64,000 nucleotides of DNA from Microcoleaceae cyanobacterium. GTDB taxonomy: Bacteria > Cyanobacteriota > Cyanobacteriia > Cyanobacteriales > Microcoleaceae. Numbering within the stretch: the first letter of the stretch is position 1; each line of letters begins with the position of its first letter. The notes under the pieces were generated by a model. The model saw nothing but the letters and a program-made list of their open reading frames with translations, did not search any database and had not been told where the DNA came from. This document shows, in pieces, positions 63,666 to 64,000 of the stretch. Position numbers and translations under genes: made by a program. The stretch lies in NCBI GenBank assembly GCA_051652765.1, contig JBOFUV010000097.1, positions 1-64,000 on the forward strand, given 5' to 3'.

Positions 63666-64000
63666 CTATTGGATCAAAAAATTATCAAAAGCAGTTTTGA
63701 GATTCTCAGGTAGCCGACGCATCACTTTTCCTGTTGCTCGATCGACTGGAACGAGAGTAATTTGAGCGGTGACATATCGGACTTGCCGATCGATAGACTT
63801 AATTTGATAGTCCCATAGCAGCCGAATCTTAGAGGGTTGCAGCAGCCTTGCCCGCACAACGGCATCCATGCCCATTTTGATGGATTGATGGTAACGAATA
63901 TTAGCATCGACCACAGGTAAGTCACAGCCAGCAGTCACCAAATCCCTGTAGTCAATACCGGCCAGTCGCAATCCTTCAACTCGGGCTTCTTCCATCCAGT
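63666..64000 (-). CDS. Acyl-CoA thioesterase (hotdog fold), 5' end outside the window
   Basis: WMEEARVE...LPVV...IRYH motif. Confidence 0.8.
   Translation of the reverse strand, partial: WMEEARVEGLRLAGIDYRDLVTAGCDLPVVDANIRYHQSIKMGMDAVVRARLLQPSKIRLLWDYQIKSIDRQVRYVTAQITLVPVDRATGKVMRRLPENLKTAFDNFLIQ

Overview
Chromosomal window of a cyanobacterium, probably filamentous and Oscillatoriales-like (inferred). HIP1 (GCGATCGC) is abundant, and glsF, ldpA, nblB, a ycf45-like gene and a CpcS-family lyase are present. Most of the window is housekeeping or conserved cyanobacterial genes (folK, nanE, truB, ligA, glsF, cobT, crp, msrA, dapL, tsaE, queA, rnc). Five features stand out. (1) In the left 2.9 kb, two integron attC sites bracket a nucleotidyltransferase cassette with no integrase in view. 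Next to them lies a gene-free stretch with a 41-bp-period array of 25-bp quasi-palindromes and nine 22-bp GATC-containing tandem units. (2) A plasmid-type DUF3854 primase-helicase (CyRepA1-like) sits among core genes with tandem NrdR-box-like operators upstream. (3) A CHAT protease-CHASE2 membrane protein, DUF928 and a sigma/DUF1822 pair are scattered across the window and may form a proteolytic sigma-activation module. (4) There is a deleted amino-acid ABC transporter relic. (5) MITE/REP-like elements and 10-15 bp micro-duplications are frequent. No rRNA, tRNA, CRISPR array or transposase was recognised. All calls come from reading the sequence; no searches were run.
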